The notes under the pieces: generated by a model
Told to the model about the DNA's origin: nothing
Database searches by the model: none
The model's input: only the letters and a program-made list of their open reading frames with translations
UHGV virus genome: UHGV-0127428
Length of the DNA: 30,373 nucleotides
From: a virus
Strand: one strand, 5' to 3'
Translations under genes and position numbers: made by a program
In this document: piece by piece, positions 1-8,132 of the stretch
Numbering within the stretch: the stretch's first letter is position 1
Layout of the letters: each line of letters starts with the position of its first letter

Positions 1-2
1 CA

Positions 3-30
3 ATAAAAAAGGCACCATTTCTGGTGCCCT
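3..30 (-). terminator. rho-independent terminator-like hairpin downstream of tail gene I
   Basis: Inverted repeat ggcacca / tggtgcc (11-17 and 22-28) with a 4-nt loop; on the minus strand the stem is followed by a T-run (complement of the A-run at 5-10). Sits about 20 nt after the stop of the minus-strand ORF ending at 50. Confidence 0.5.
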
Positions 31-49
31 TATATGGGTTATAACAATT

Positions 50-442
50 TCAACGAATACTGATGCCGGAAGCGACTTTTTTGGTCACAATCACCGTACA
101 GTCGGTGATATTACCTGCCCACTGATTGCCTTTATGGAAAACCTTAAACTCCAGAGTGACGCTTCCCCTGCCACTCGGCATATCAATAATCGCACTGTAG
201 CTACCGGGAAGACGGGCTGATAATTCATTTTCGCCTGCATCACGCCCGGCAATGCGCACCTGATACCAGCCCTCATTCAGTTTCTGGCGAAACGACGGAA
301 GCTGCGTGGCCAGCGCCCGGATGGCTTCGGCCCCCGTTTTCACACGAAGGTCGATGCGGTGGCCAAATCGTTGTAAATCCCCGTAAAGGCAGATGCGTGC
401 CATGCCCGGTGACGCCAGAGGGAGTGTGTGCGTCGCTGCCAT
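50..442 (-). CDS. I: lambda-like tail assembly protein I, N-terminal portion; C-terminus divergent and possibly truncated
   Basis: The N-terminal ~100 aa (MAATHTLPLASPGMARICLYGDLQRFG...) match my recollection of lambdoid gpI. The ORF is shorter than lambda I as I recall it and is followed immediately by a terminator rather than a J-like gene. Confidence 0.6.
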   Translation of the reverse strand: MAATHTLPLASPGMARICLYGDLQRFGHRIDLRVKTGAEAIRALATQLPSFRQKLNEGWYQVRIAGRDAGENELSARLPGSYSAIIDMPSGRGSVTLEFKVFHKGNQWAGNITDCTVIVTKKVASGISIR

Positions 443-1092
443 TTGTCGGTATACCTCTCTCGTTTGCTCAGTTGTTCAGGAATATGGTGCAACAGCTCGC
501 CGTCGCCGCAGTAAATGGCGGCATGATTCGGCACCGATGAACCAAAACAGCACAGCAGCACATCGCCCGGTTGTGCTGATGACAACGGCACCTGATACAG
601 CCCTGTGGCCTCCAGATTATCCAGATAGAGATTCTGACCGTGACGCCACCAGTCATCCCCGCGATGAAAATCCGGCATCTCAATTCCCGCCAGATGGTAA
701 GCATCCCGGAACAGCGTGTAACAGTCCGTCACCCCGTGCTCAAAGCGCCGCCCGGTGAGATGCGGCACACAGCGGAATTTATGAATCGCCCCCCGGCAGA
801 CCAGCCACCACGGCAAATCACTCTGCACCTGCAGCCGCCGGTCGGTCTCACTCAGCCAGGGCAGACCACCGGGGTGGCTGTGGACCAGCGCCACAATCTC
901 ACCCTGCATCTCTGCCCGCAGCCAGTCCTCCGGCGACATCCGGAAATACTCCTCCGGCTCACCGGAGATATTCACGCAGGGAAAATATCTTTCCCCCTCC
1001 GGTGTTCTCACCACGAAGCCGCACGACTCCGCTGGCGCACATCGCCGGGCGTGCGCCAGAATCGCTGATTCTGTCTCTGTCATGGGATTCAC
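340..1092 (-). CDS. K: lambda-like tail assembly protein K (JAMM/MPN plus NlpC/P60 domains)
   Basis: HSHPGG...SETD JAMM-type metal-binding motif and a C-terminal Cys-containing NlpC/P60-like region (TDCYTLF), typical of gpK; sits between L and I as in lambda. The true start may be the internal ATG at 1083 (MTETESAIL...). Confidence 0.8.
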   Translation of the reverse strand: MNPMTETESAILAHARRCAPAESCGFVVRTPEGERYFPCVNISGEPEEYFRMSPEDWLRAEMQGEIVALVHSHPGGLPWLSETDRRLQVQSDLPWWLVCRGAIHKFRCVPHLTGRRFEHGVTDCYTLFRDAYHLAGIEMPDFHRGDDWWRHGQNLYLDNLEATGLYQVPLSSAQPGDVLLCCFGSSVPNHAAIYCGDGELLHHIPEQLSKRERYTDKWQRRTHSLWRHRAWHASAFTGIYNDLATASTFV

Positions 1093-1727
1093 TGCGAAAG
1101 TTTGTTAATGGAAAGGAAGCCGCCAAAGTTGCCGACGTTATTGCGAAACTTACAGCCGCTCAGGCATTTGCTGCATTTATCCTTCGTGATATCGGACGTC
1201 GGCTGATCATATTCATCCGCGACCGCCGGACCGTGATAACCGCACTCATCACCGCGATAGGTCCAGGTGCAGGTGTTGGCCAGCATGATACGTCCCGGAA
1301 AAACGGCACCGTCCGTTTCCGTCGGCGTGGACAGTACAAAAGAGGCACTCACCGCGCTCAGTTCGCTGCACTGCTCGATGCGCCAGCGGCTGATCACCTC
1401 CTGCTCCGGATCGGCGTCACTGTTTCCGTTGACGAAGTTCACCGCATCCAGAAAACGGGCGTAAACCTTACGCCGGACCACCGTTCCTCCGACCAGACTC
1501 TGCAGGTCTTCCGCCATCCCGGTGACCATGCCGTGCAGGTTAGAAACCGTCAGTGTCGGACGGGCAGCACTGCCCTTGCCGTTCAGTTCAAATCCCGTCC
1601 CCTGAATGGGATACGCCTGATACTGTCGCCCCTGCCAGGTGACCGGCTCACCTTTTTCGTTCTGCTCATTACAGAAAAAGTAGCGTTCACCACCGACCTC
1701 TGTCAGATCGATTTCCCAGAGCACCAC
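1089..1727 (-). CDS. L: lambda-like minor tail protein L; canonical start codon apparently missing
   Basis: Strong gpL-like sequence (VVLWEIDLTEVGGERYFFCNEQNEKGEPVTWQGRQYQ...). The called start is a GTG. The frame stays open and gpL-like upstream (KDGIPQETHHETTRLTQSAQ) to about 1787, where AAG sits at the position expected for the ATG. Confidence 0.75.
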   Translation of the reverse strand: MVLWEIDLTEVGGERYFFCNEQNEKGEPVTWQGRQYQAYPIQGTGFELNGKGSAARPTLTVSNLHGMVTGMAEDLQSLVGGTVVRRKVYARFLDAVNFVNGNSDADPEQEVISRWRIEQCSELSAVSASFVLSTPTETDGAVFPGRIMLANTCTWTYRGDECGYHGPAVADEYDQPTSDITKDKCSKCLSGCKFRNNVGNFGGFLSINKLSQ

Positions 1728-1927
1728 CTGGGCTGACTGAGTGAGGCGTGTCGTCTCATGATGTGTTTCCTGTGGAATACCGTCCTTTTTACAAAACAGA
1801 GAAGAGCATCACCGGACGACGGGCTCATAACCCAATCCATCCGGGCGGCAGTCACCGCAGGTGTTCTTCTCTGTTTTGTGGAGAAACTAACCGACCTTGC
1901 AGGGTCGATATGATGAGGAGCAGCAAA

Positions 1928-2290
1928 ATGGCTAGCGAACGCAGTACTGATGTGCAGGCATTTATCGGGGAGCTGGACGGCGGCGTATTTGAAACCAAAA
2001 TCGGCGCAGTTCTCAGTGAAGTCGCTTCCGGTGTGATGAACACGAAAACCAAAGGTAAGGTCTCGCTCAACCTGGAAATCGAACCGTTTGATGAGAACCG
2101 AGTGAAAATCAAACACAAACTCTCATATGTTCGCCCGACTAACCGCGGGAAAATTTCCGAAGAAGACACCACCGAAACGCCGATGTATGTCAATCGCGGT
2201 GGTCGCCTGACTATTCTGCAGGAAGACCAGGGACAGTTACTGACTCTTGCCGGTGAACCTGACGGAAAACTCCGCGCAGCAGGTCGTTAA
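1928..2290 (+). CDS. yfdP: YfdP-like prophage protein (120 aa)
   Basis: ATG at 1928 preceded by gaggag; 120 aa; precedes the YfdQ/R/S/T-like genes in the same order and with the same lengths as I recall for the E. coli CPS-53 yfdPQRST cluster. Identity is from memory, not a search. Confidence 0.5.
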   Translation: MASERSTDVQAFIGELDGGVFETKIGAVLSEVASGVMNTKTKGKVSLNLEIEPFDENRVKIKHKLSYVRPTNRGKISEEDTTETPMYVNRGGRLTILQEDQGQLLTLAGEPDGKLRAAGR

Positions 2291-2355
2291 TATCGTTTTT
2301 AATTAACTGATTATTTATCTCATCACTGAATATCTTTATATAGTGAGGACTTATT

Positions 2356-3180
2356 ATGTCTCAGAACTTAGACGCAACCGCAATTAATCAAATCCATGCC
2401 CTTATTTCTGCTCAGGGTGTTAATGAAATTATCAGTAAGATTGGTGCCGATGCTGTGGCATTGCCTGAGAATTTCCGCATTCATGATCTGGAAAAATTTA
2501 ATTTAAATCGCTTCCGTTTCCGTGGTGCGCTTTCCACTGCCAGCATCGATGACTTTACCCGTTATTCTAAAGATCTTGCAGATGAAGGCACCCGCTGCTT
2601 TATCGATGCTGATAATATGCGTGCCGTCAGTGTGCTTAACCTGGGTACTATTGATGAACCAGGTCACGCAGATAACACCGCCACACTCAAACTGAAAAAG
2701 ACAGCACCGTTCTCTGCTCTGTTGTCTGTTAACGGCGAGCGTAACTCCCAGAAGTCACTAGCAGAATGGATTGAAGACTGGGCCGACTATCTTGTGGGCT
2801 TTGATGCTAATGGTGACGCTATTCAGGCAACAAAAGCGGCTGCGGCTGTCCGTAAAATCACGATTGAAGCAAACCAGACCGCTGATTTTGAAGATAATGA
2901 CTTCAGCGGCAAACGCTCCCTGATGGAGTCTGTCGAAGCGAAGACCAAAGACATTATGCCAGTGGCATTTGAATTTAAATGCGTTCCGTTTGAAGGTCTG
3001 AAAGAACGTCCGTTTAAATTACGCCTCAGTATTATCACTGGCGATCGTCCTGTACTGGTTCTGCGCATTATTCAGCTGGAGGCGGTGCAGGAAGAAATGG
3101 CTAACGAATTTCGTGATCTGCTTGTTGAGAAATTCAAGGACAGCAAAGTAGAAACCTTTATTGGTACTTTCACCGCCTGA
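2356..3180 (+). CDS. yfdQ: YfdQ-like protein (DUF2303 family, 274 aa)
   Basis: 274-aa ORF with a clean ATG start; length and operon position match YfdQ of the CPS-53 cluster. No catalytic motif recognised. Confidence 0.6.
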   Translation: MSQNLDATAINQIHALISAQGVNEIISKIGADAVALPENFRIHDLEKFNLNRFRFRGALSTASIDDFTRYSKDLADEGTRCFIDADNMRAVSVLNLGTIDEPGHADNTATLKLKKTAPFSALLSVNGERNSQKSLAEWIEDWADYLVGFDANGDAIQATKAAAAVRKITIEANQTADFEDNDFSGKRSLMESVEAKTKDIMPVAFEFKCVPFEGLKERPFKLRLSIITGDRPVLVLRIIQLEAVQEEMANEFRDLLVEKFKDSKVETFIGTFTA

Positions 3181-3307
3181 TTTCATTACTGCAAATGCCC
3201 CTGCGGGGGCATTTATGGAAACGTAATTTACTCAATAATCGCCGGATGGTGAGGGATTCTTTTTGCCAGAATTCAGCGCGGTGCAGCGCATATACGTGGA
3301 GAACAAA

Positions 3308-3844
3308 ATGTCATTTATTAAAACTTTTTCCGGGAAGCATTTTTATTATGACAGGATAAATAAAGACGACATCGATATTAACGATATCGCGGTTTCCCTT
3401 TCAAATATCTGTCGCTTTGCCGGTCATCTTTCGCACTTCTACAGCGTCGCCCAACATGCGGTTCTTTGCAGCCAGCTGGTGCCGCAGGAATTTGCTTTTG
3501 AAGCGTTAATGCATGATGCAACAGAAGCGTATTGCCAGGACATTCCCGCACCACTGAAACGCCTTCTTCCTGACTATAAACAAATGGAAGAAAAAATAGA
3601 CGCCGTAATCCGTGAGAAATACGGGTTACCCCCAGTTATGAGTACGCCCGTGAAATATGCCGATCTCATCATGCTGGCAACCGAACGCCGCGATCTCGGG
3701 CTTGATGATGGCTCTTTCTGGCCTGTACTGGAAGGTATCCCGGCAACAGAGATGTTCAACGTGATTCCACTGGCACCGGGCCATGCCTACGGGATGTTTA
3801 TGGAACGCTTTAACGAGTTATCGGAGTTACGCAAATGCGCATGA
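3308..3844 (+). CDS. yfdR: YfdR-like HD-domain phosphohydrolase (5'-deoxynucleotidase family)
   Basis: Start chosen at the ATG at 3308 (MSFIKTFSGKHFYYD...), giving 178 aa. HD signature present (ALMHDATEAY). Matches the recalled YfdR N-terminus and length. Confidence 0.7.
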   Translation: MSFIKTFSGKHFYYDRINKDDIDINDIAVSLSNICRFAGHLSHFYSVAQHAVLCSQLVPQEFAFEALMHDATEAYCQDIPAPLKRLLPDYKQMEEKIDAVIREKYGLPPVMSTPVKYADLIMLATERRDLGLDDGSFWPVLEGIPATEMFNVIPLAPGHAYGMFMERFNELSELRKCA

Positions 3845-4197
3845 ATATTTTCGAAATGGAAGGGTTTCTTCGTGGGAGATGTGTACCGCGAGATCTGAAA
3901 GTAAATGAAACAGATGCTGAATACCTGGTGCGTAAATTCGATGCGCTTGAAGCTAAATGTGCAGCACAGGAAAACAAAGTAATACCAGTGTCAACTGAAC
4001 TGCCACCAGCAAATGAAAGTGTTTTGTTATTCGATGCTAACGGAGAAGGCTGGCTAATTGGCTGGCGTTCTCTCTGGTACACCTGGGGACAAAAAGAAAC
4101 CGGAGAATGGCAGTGGACATTTCAGGTCGGGGACCTTGAAAACGTCAATATCACTCACTGGGCAGTAATGCCAAAAGCACCGGAGGCTGGAGCATAA
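3835..4197 (+). CDS. yfdS: YfdS-like protein (120 aa)
   Basis: 120-aa ORF overlapping the yfdR stop; position and length match YfdS. A paralogous N-terminal domain recurs at 25288. Confidence 0.5.
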   Translation: MRMNIFEMEGFLRGRCVPRDLKVNETDAEYLVRKFDALEAKCAAQENKVIPVSTELPPANESVLLFDANGEGWLIGWRSLWYTWGQKETGEWQWTFQVGDLENVNITHWAVMPKAPEAGA

Positions 4198-4502
4198 TGA
4201 CCACTTTTACCGACAAAGAACTGATTAAAGAAATTAAAGAGCGTATCAGCAGCCTTGACGTGCGAGACGATATTGAGCGCCGTGCTTATGAAATCGCACT
4301 CCTATCTCTGGAAGTAGAACCAGATGAACGCGAAGCTTATGAATTATTCATGGAAAAGCGTTTCGGTGACTTAGTAGATCGTCGGAGAGCAAAAAACGGC
4401 GATAACGAATACATGGCATGGGATATGACTCTCGGTTGGATCGTCTGGCAGCAACGAGCTGGTATCCATTTTTCAACAATGTCACAGCAAGAGGTGAAAT
4501 AA
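4197..4502 (+). CDS. yfdT: YfdT-like protein (101 aa)
   Basis: 101-aa ORF; ATG overlaps the stop of the previous gene; position and length match YfdT. Confidence 0.5.
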   Translation: MTTFTDKELIKEIKERISSLDVRDDIERRAYEIALLSLEVEPDEREAYELFMEKRFGDLVDRRRAKNGDNEYMAWDMTLGWIVWQQRAGIHFSTMSQQEVK

Positions 4503-4852
4503 TGGAGCCATACAGCCTCACACTCGATGAGGCCTGTCATTTTCTCAAGATATCCAGACCGACTGCCATTAACTGGATACGCACAGGGCGTCTTCAGGCA
4601 ACACGCAAAGATCCCACTAAGAATAAATCTCCTTACCTCACAACACGACAAGCCTGCATTGCGGCTCTTCAGTCTCCGCTGCATACTGTCCAGGTGAGCG
4701 CGGGTGATGGCATAACAGAGGAAAGAAAATGTCACTCTTCCGCAGAGGTGAAATATGGTACGCCAGTTTCACATTGCCGAACGGTAAAAGATTTAAACAG
4801 TCTCTTGGAACAAAGGACAAAAGGCAGGCGACAGAACTCCATGACAAGCTAA
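4502..4852 (+). CDS. xis: P22-type excisionase (Xis)
   Basis: ATG at 4502 overlaps the yfdT stop (taATGg). The 116-aa product ([38 protein letters not shown]...) resembles P22-family Xis and overlaps the int start, as is typical. Confidence 0.7.
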   Translation: MEPYSLTLDEACHFLKISRPTAINWIRTGRLQATRKDPTKNKSPYLTTRQACIAALQSPLHTVQVSAGDGITEERKCHSSAEVKYGTPVSHCRTVKDLNSLLEQRTKGRRQNSMTS

Positions 4853-5892
4853 AGGCTGAAGCATGGCGGGTCAGCAAACTTGGTGAAATACCTGATATAA
4901 CGTTCGAGGAAGCGTGTGTCAGGTGGCTTGAAGAGAAAGCACATAAAAAATCACTGGACGATGACAAAAGCCGGATCGGATTCTGGCTTCAACATTTCGC
5001 AGGGATGCAACTAAGAGACATCACTGAATCAAAAATTTATTCAGCGATGCAGAAAATGACAAACCGGCGTCATGAGGAAAACTGGAAACTCAGGGCAGAA
5101 GCATGCAGAAAAAAAGGGAAACCTGTTCCAGAATACACGCCAAAACCAGCGTCCGTTGCAACGAAGGCTACGCATCTTTCATTTATAAAGGCCCTGCTAA
5201 GAGCCGCAGAGCGTGAATGGAAAATGCTTGATAAGGCACCAATTATTAAAGTGCCTCAACCGAAGAATAAACGTATCCGCTGGCTGGAGCCTCATGAAGC
5301 ACAAAGGCTGATTGATGAATGTCCGGAGCCATTAAAGTCTGTTGTTGAATTTGCACTGGCAACAGGCTTAAGACGCTCGAACATCATCAACCTTGAATGG
5401 CAACAAATAGACATGCAGCGCCGGGTGGCATGGATAAACCCGGAAGAGAGTAAATCAAACCGCGCAATTGGCGTTGCGCTGAATGATACTGCATGTCGCG
5501 TATTGAAAAAACAAATCGGGAATCATCACCGTTGGGTATTTGTTTACAAGGAAAGCTGTACCAAACCAGACGGAACGAAAGCGCCAACGGTCAGGAAGAT
5601 GCGGTATGACGCAAACACAGCCTGGAAAGCGGCGCTGAGACGAGCAGGTATTGATGATTTCAGATTTCACGACTTGAGACACACCTGGGCAAGTTGGCTG
5701 GTTCAAGCCGGAGTCCCGTTGTCAGTGTTACAGGAAATGGGAGGCTGGGAGTCTATCGAAATGGTTCGTCGATATGCTCACCTCGCACCTAATCACCTTA
5801 CCGAACACGCACGGCAAATAGACTCGATCCTGAACCCATCGGTCCCAAATTTGTCCCAGTCAAAAAATAAGGAAGGTACTAATGATGTGTAA
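4729..5892 (+). CDS. int: P22-type tyrosine integrase
   Basis: 387 aa; the N-terminus [27 protein letters not shown] matches my recollection of P22 Int. Catalytic signature present ([29 protein letters not shown]). Stop lies immediately before an att core copy. Confidence 0.9.
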   Translation: MSLFRRGEIWYASFTLPNGKRFKQSLGTKDKRQATELHDKLKAEAWRVSKLGEIPDITFEEACVRWLEEKAHKKSLDDDKSRIGFWLQHFAGMQLRDITESKIYSAMQKMTNRRHEENWKLRAEACRKKGKPVPEYTPKPASVATKATHLSFIKALLRAAEREWKMLDKAPIIKVPQPKNKRIRWLEPHEAQRLIDECPEPLKSVVEFALATGLRRSNIINLEWQQIDMQRRVAWINPEESKSNRAIGVALNDTACRVLKKQIGNHHRWVFVYKESCTKPDGTKAPTVRKMRYDANTAWKAALRRAGIDDFRFHDLRHTWASWLVQAGVPLSVLQEMGGWESIEMVRRYAHLAPNHLTEHARQIDSILNPSVPNLSQSKNKEGTNDV

Positions 5893-5925
5893 CTTATTGA
5901 TTTAAATGGTGCCGATAATAGGAGT
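5893..5925. repeat. att core copy 1 (short): cttattgattt-aaa-tggtgccgataataggagt
   Basis: Its 19 nt tggtgccgataataggagt equal the reverse complement of the 3' end of tRNA-Thr (ACTCCTATTATCGGCACCA). Similarity to the tRNA stops after ggagt, where element B sequence begins. Same flank motif as copies at 18458 and 30324. Confidence 0.7.
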
Positions 5926-6067
5926 AAAACACTCGATTAATCTCGTGTTAATGCCATCACCTACGACCATTACTAATTGATTGAATCTTATAGAAAAATC
6001 ATCATTTTCTATGCGTCACAATCAATTTTCACATTACAAACGCTCCGACACTTTAGCCGGAGATTTT

Positions 6068-7345
6068 ATGAGATACAAGCCTAACCAATACTTAATCTGT
6101 GATTCTTACGGTAACTACTATTTAAGGATCACGCTGCCTGTGTATATGCAGCCCTTTTTTGAAGGAAAAAGGACGTTTGTCAGAAGTCTACACACAAGTA
6201 ATCTTCGTGTTGCACGTAGAAAGCGTGATCAGATTGCAGATGAATACCATTGCTTACGGGAGAGTGTTGCCCCTGTAAACAGCACAATAGAAAACACGCT
6301 GGAACTGTTACGCAGTAAGGCTAAATACGCCAAAACAGCTACCAGAGTGCAAGATACAGCGTCTTCGTGTCCGTCATTGCTTAAAATTCTTGAAATCTAC
6401 CTGACAATTAACAGCACGAAGAAGAAGCCAGCCACTTTAGCTAAGGCAAGAAAAGCGGTAGAGATGTTTCTCTCCTACCGTAAAAAGCCTGATATTGCAT
6501 TGCAAGATGTAAGCCGCACCACTGTTACAGGCTGGATTGAACACATGCAAAAAACTCTTTCACAACAATCAATTGCAAATTATATCAGTCCAATGGCCCA
6601 GCTATGGGAATTAGCTTCATCACGTTACCACGATGCGCCAGAAAGGGCGCTCTCCCCCTGGCGAGGGCATAGGCTTGATGTGGCACAAAGTAGAGAGAGC
6701 TACGAGGCATTTTCTAACAAAGAGCTATTGCAGGTGTTGCAAGTATTTTCCGGTAATTCAGCAGAAAACAAAGAAATGACGGCTTTGTGTCTTATCGGTT
6801 TATATACAGGTATGCGGATCAATGAGATAGCAAGTCTCACAATAGACGATGTGAAAGAGATCGAAGGTGTGCTGTGTTTTGAAATCACACAGGGAAAAAC
6901 GAAAGCTGCGGCACGTCTTGTGCCTGTGCATAGCCTTATCACTCCATTGGTGTTATCTCTTCGTGAAAAGCCTCACAATGGCTTTTTGTTCTATCACGCC
7001 AGCATTACAGAACGTGCTGACGGTAAACGCTCTACGTGGCATACACAACGATTTACAAGAGCTAAACGAAAGGCTTTAGGGGAAAAGGGAACAGAAAGGA
7101 AAGTGTTTCATTCTCTGAGACACGGAGTAGCACAGCTTCTTGATCGAAATCAAATTCCAGAGGACCGCATAGCTTTAATGTTGGGCCATCAGCGCGGCAA
7201 TACAGAAACATTCCGCACATATAGCAAGAATGCAGCTTCTCCAGTAGAGCTTAAAAAATATATTGAGCTTTTACGCTACCCTGAAATAGAGAAAGGCTTA
7301 TCAATCAATAAAAAATCAAATTTAAGGCGTAAAACAACGCTATAG
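6068..7345 (+). CDS. tyrosine recombinase/integrase of element B, distinct from the P22-type integrases
   Basis: Catalytic signature present: GMRINEIASL (Arg), HSLRHGVAQL (HxxR), GHQRGNTETFRTYSK (Tyr). Start chosen at the ATG at 6068 with ggag 6 nt upstream; the tool's TTG start at 5981 is less likely. Lies immediately inside the left boundary of element B. Confidence 0.75.
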   Translation: MRYKPNQYLICDSYGNYYLRITLPVYMQPFFEGKRTFVRSLHTSNLRVARRKRDQIADEYHCLRESVAPVNSTIENTLELLRSKAKYAKTATRVQDTASSCPSLLKILEIYLTINSTKKKPATLAKARKAVEMFLSYRKKPDIALQDVSRTTVTGWIEHMQKTLSQQSIANYISPMAQLWELASSRYHDAPERALSPWRGHRLDVAQSRESYEAFSNKELLQVLQVFSGNSAENKEMTALCLIGLYTGMRINEIASLTIDDVKEIEGVLCFEITQGKTKAAARLVPVHSLITPLVLSLREKPHNGFLFYHASITERADGKRSTWHTQRFTRAKRKALGEKGTERKVFHSLRHGVAQLLDRNQIPEDRIALMLGHQRGNTETFRTYSKNAASPVELKKYIELLRYPEIEKGLSINKKSNLRRKTTL

Positions 7346-7352
7346 ACGTAAT

Positions 7353-7386
7353 AAAGAGGCTTCAATATAGACTGATGCCTCTTTTA
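7353..7386. terminator. bidirectional terminator hairpin between convergent genes
   Basis: Stem agaggc / gcctct (7355-7360 and 7377-7382) with a T-run after it; lies between the end of the integrase (+) and the end of the 219-aa gene (-). Confidence 0.45.
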
Positions 7387-7425
7387 TGATTATCTCGTTA
7401 CAGAGCGTTTCATAGGCGTTTAAGG

Positions 7426-8085
7426 CTATTGTTTAAATACTGGCGTTACAACGTCTTGCCCTGGGCTTTTTGTATTTACCTGCATTTTAATCTGTCCCCC
7501 TACAGATTTATTTGGTGCTGTTTTTACCGCAATTGCGCTTGTAGTTGCTTTAGAGACAAGACGGATTTGCTCAAAATCAAGAGTAAACAATAGGCTTTCG
7601 CTTGCTTCTTCTTCATAAGACATGCCAACTAACACAACGTTGTCATAATTTTTTAACTCAGTGACAAGTAGGAAAGGTTGGCGACTGTCCATCAACTGAT
7701 TTAGGTATTCAAGCATAAGCATACGTCGATTGCCGTTAATTCCCGCATTCTTAATCATATCGGGATTGAGCTTCAATACGGTTTCAGAGATACGCCCCTG
7801 TAATGTGAACTTGTTATTCCGTATTTGAACATGATCACTAACTTCTGATCCTGATTCGACGGCATAGCTTGTAACGTCTGCATTTCGGCTAACTTTCGTC
7901 GATTCCACGCTATCAAATGATAATGCCTGGTAGTCATTGTAAGCAGCATTTGCACCACTGCCGAGGTTAGAGGTAATGATCGCAAAGCCGTTACCCCCTT
8001 TAGTTGTTCTACCGTTGCTATCGTTGCTTGTGCTGTTGATTTTCGCCTCAGTCGGGCGACCAATGGTTAACGGACCCATTGCCAT
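7426..8085 (-). CDS. hypothetical protein (219 aa), last gene of the capsid-like operon
   Basis: Good RBS (aagga) upstream of the ATG at 8085; Gly/Asn/Ser-rich N-terminus; no recognisable motif. Confidence 0.5.
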   Translation of the reverse strand: MAMGPLTIGRPTEAKINSTSNDSNGRTTKGGNGFAIITSNLGSGANAAYNDYQALSFDSVESTKVSRNADVTSYAVESGSEVSDHVQIRNNKFTLQGRISETVLKLNPDMIKNAGINGNRRMLMLEYLNQLMDSRQPFLLVTELKNYDNVVLVGMSYEEEASESLLFTLDFEQIRLVSKATTSAIAVKTAPNKSVGGQIKMQVNTKSPGQDVVTPVFKQ

Positions 8086-8132
8086 AATTTGTAATCCTTA
8101 TTTAAGGGGGCTAAACTGCCCCACAGTGATGA

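Noticed and set aside
393-1736. Plus-strand ORFs 393-758, 640-1068 and 1002-1736 overlapping the tail genes
   Set aside because: They lie antisense to well-supported gpK/gpL coding sequence, have Arg/Pro-rich low-complexity translations, and show no start-site signals.
1703-2116. Minus-strand ORF 1703-2116 (137 aa) and plus-strand ORF 1748-2290 as called by the tool
   Set aside because: The minus ORF overlaps the yfdP-like gene antisense. The plus ORF's long N-terminal extension has no SD; the ATG at 1928 with a gaggag SD gives the expected 120-aa product.
1928-5892. Interpreting 1928-5892 as E. coli K-12 CPS-53 itself
   Set aside because: The yfd-like genes match that cluster by order and length, but the integrase/excisionase are P22-type and the adjacent att matches tRNA-Thr, which does not fit the argW/intS/torI context I recall for CPS-53. 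More likely a mosaic relative.
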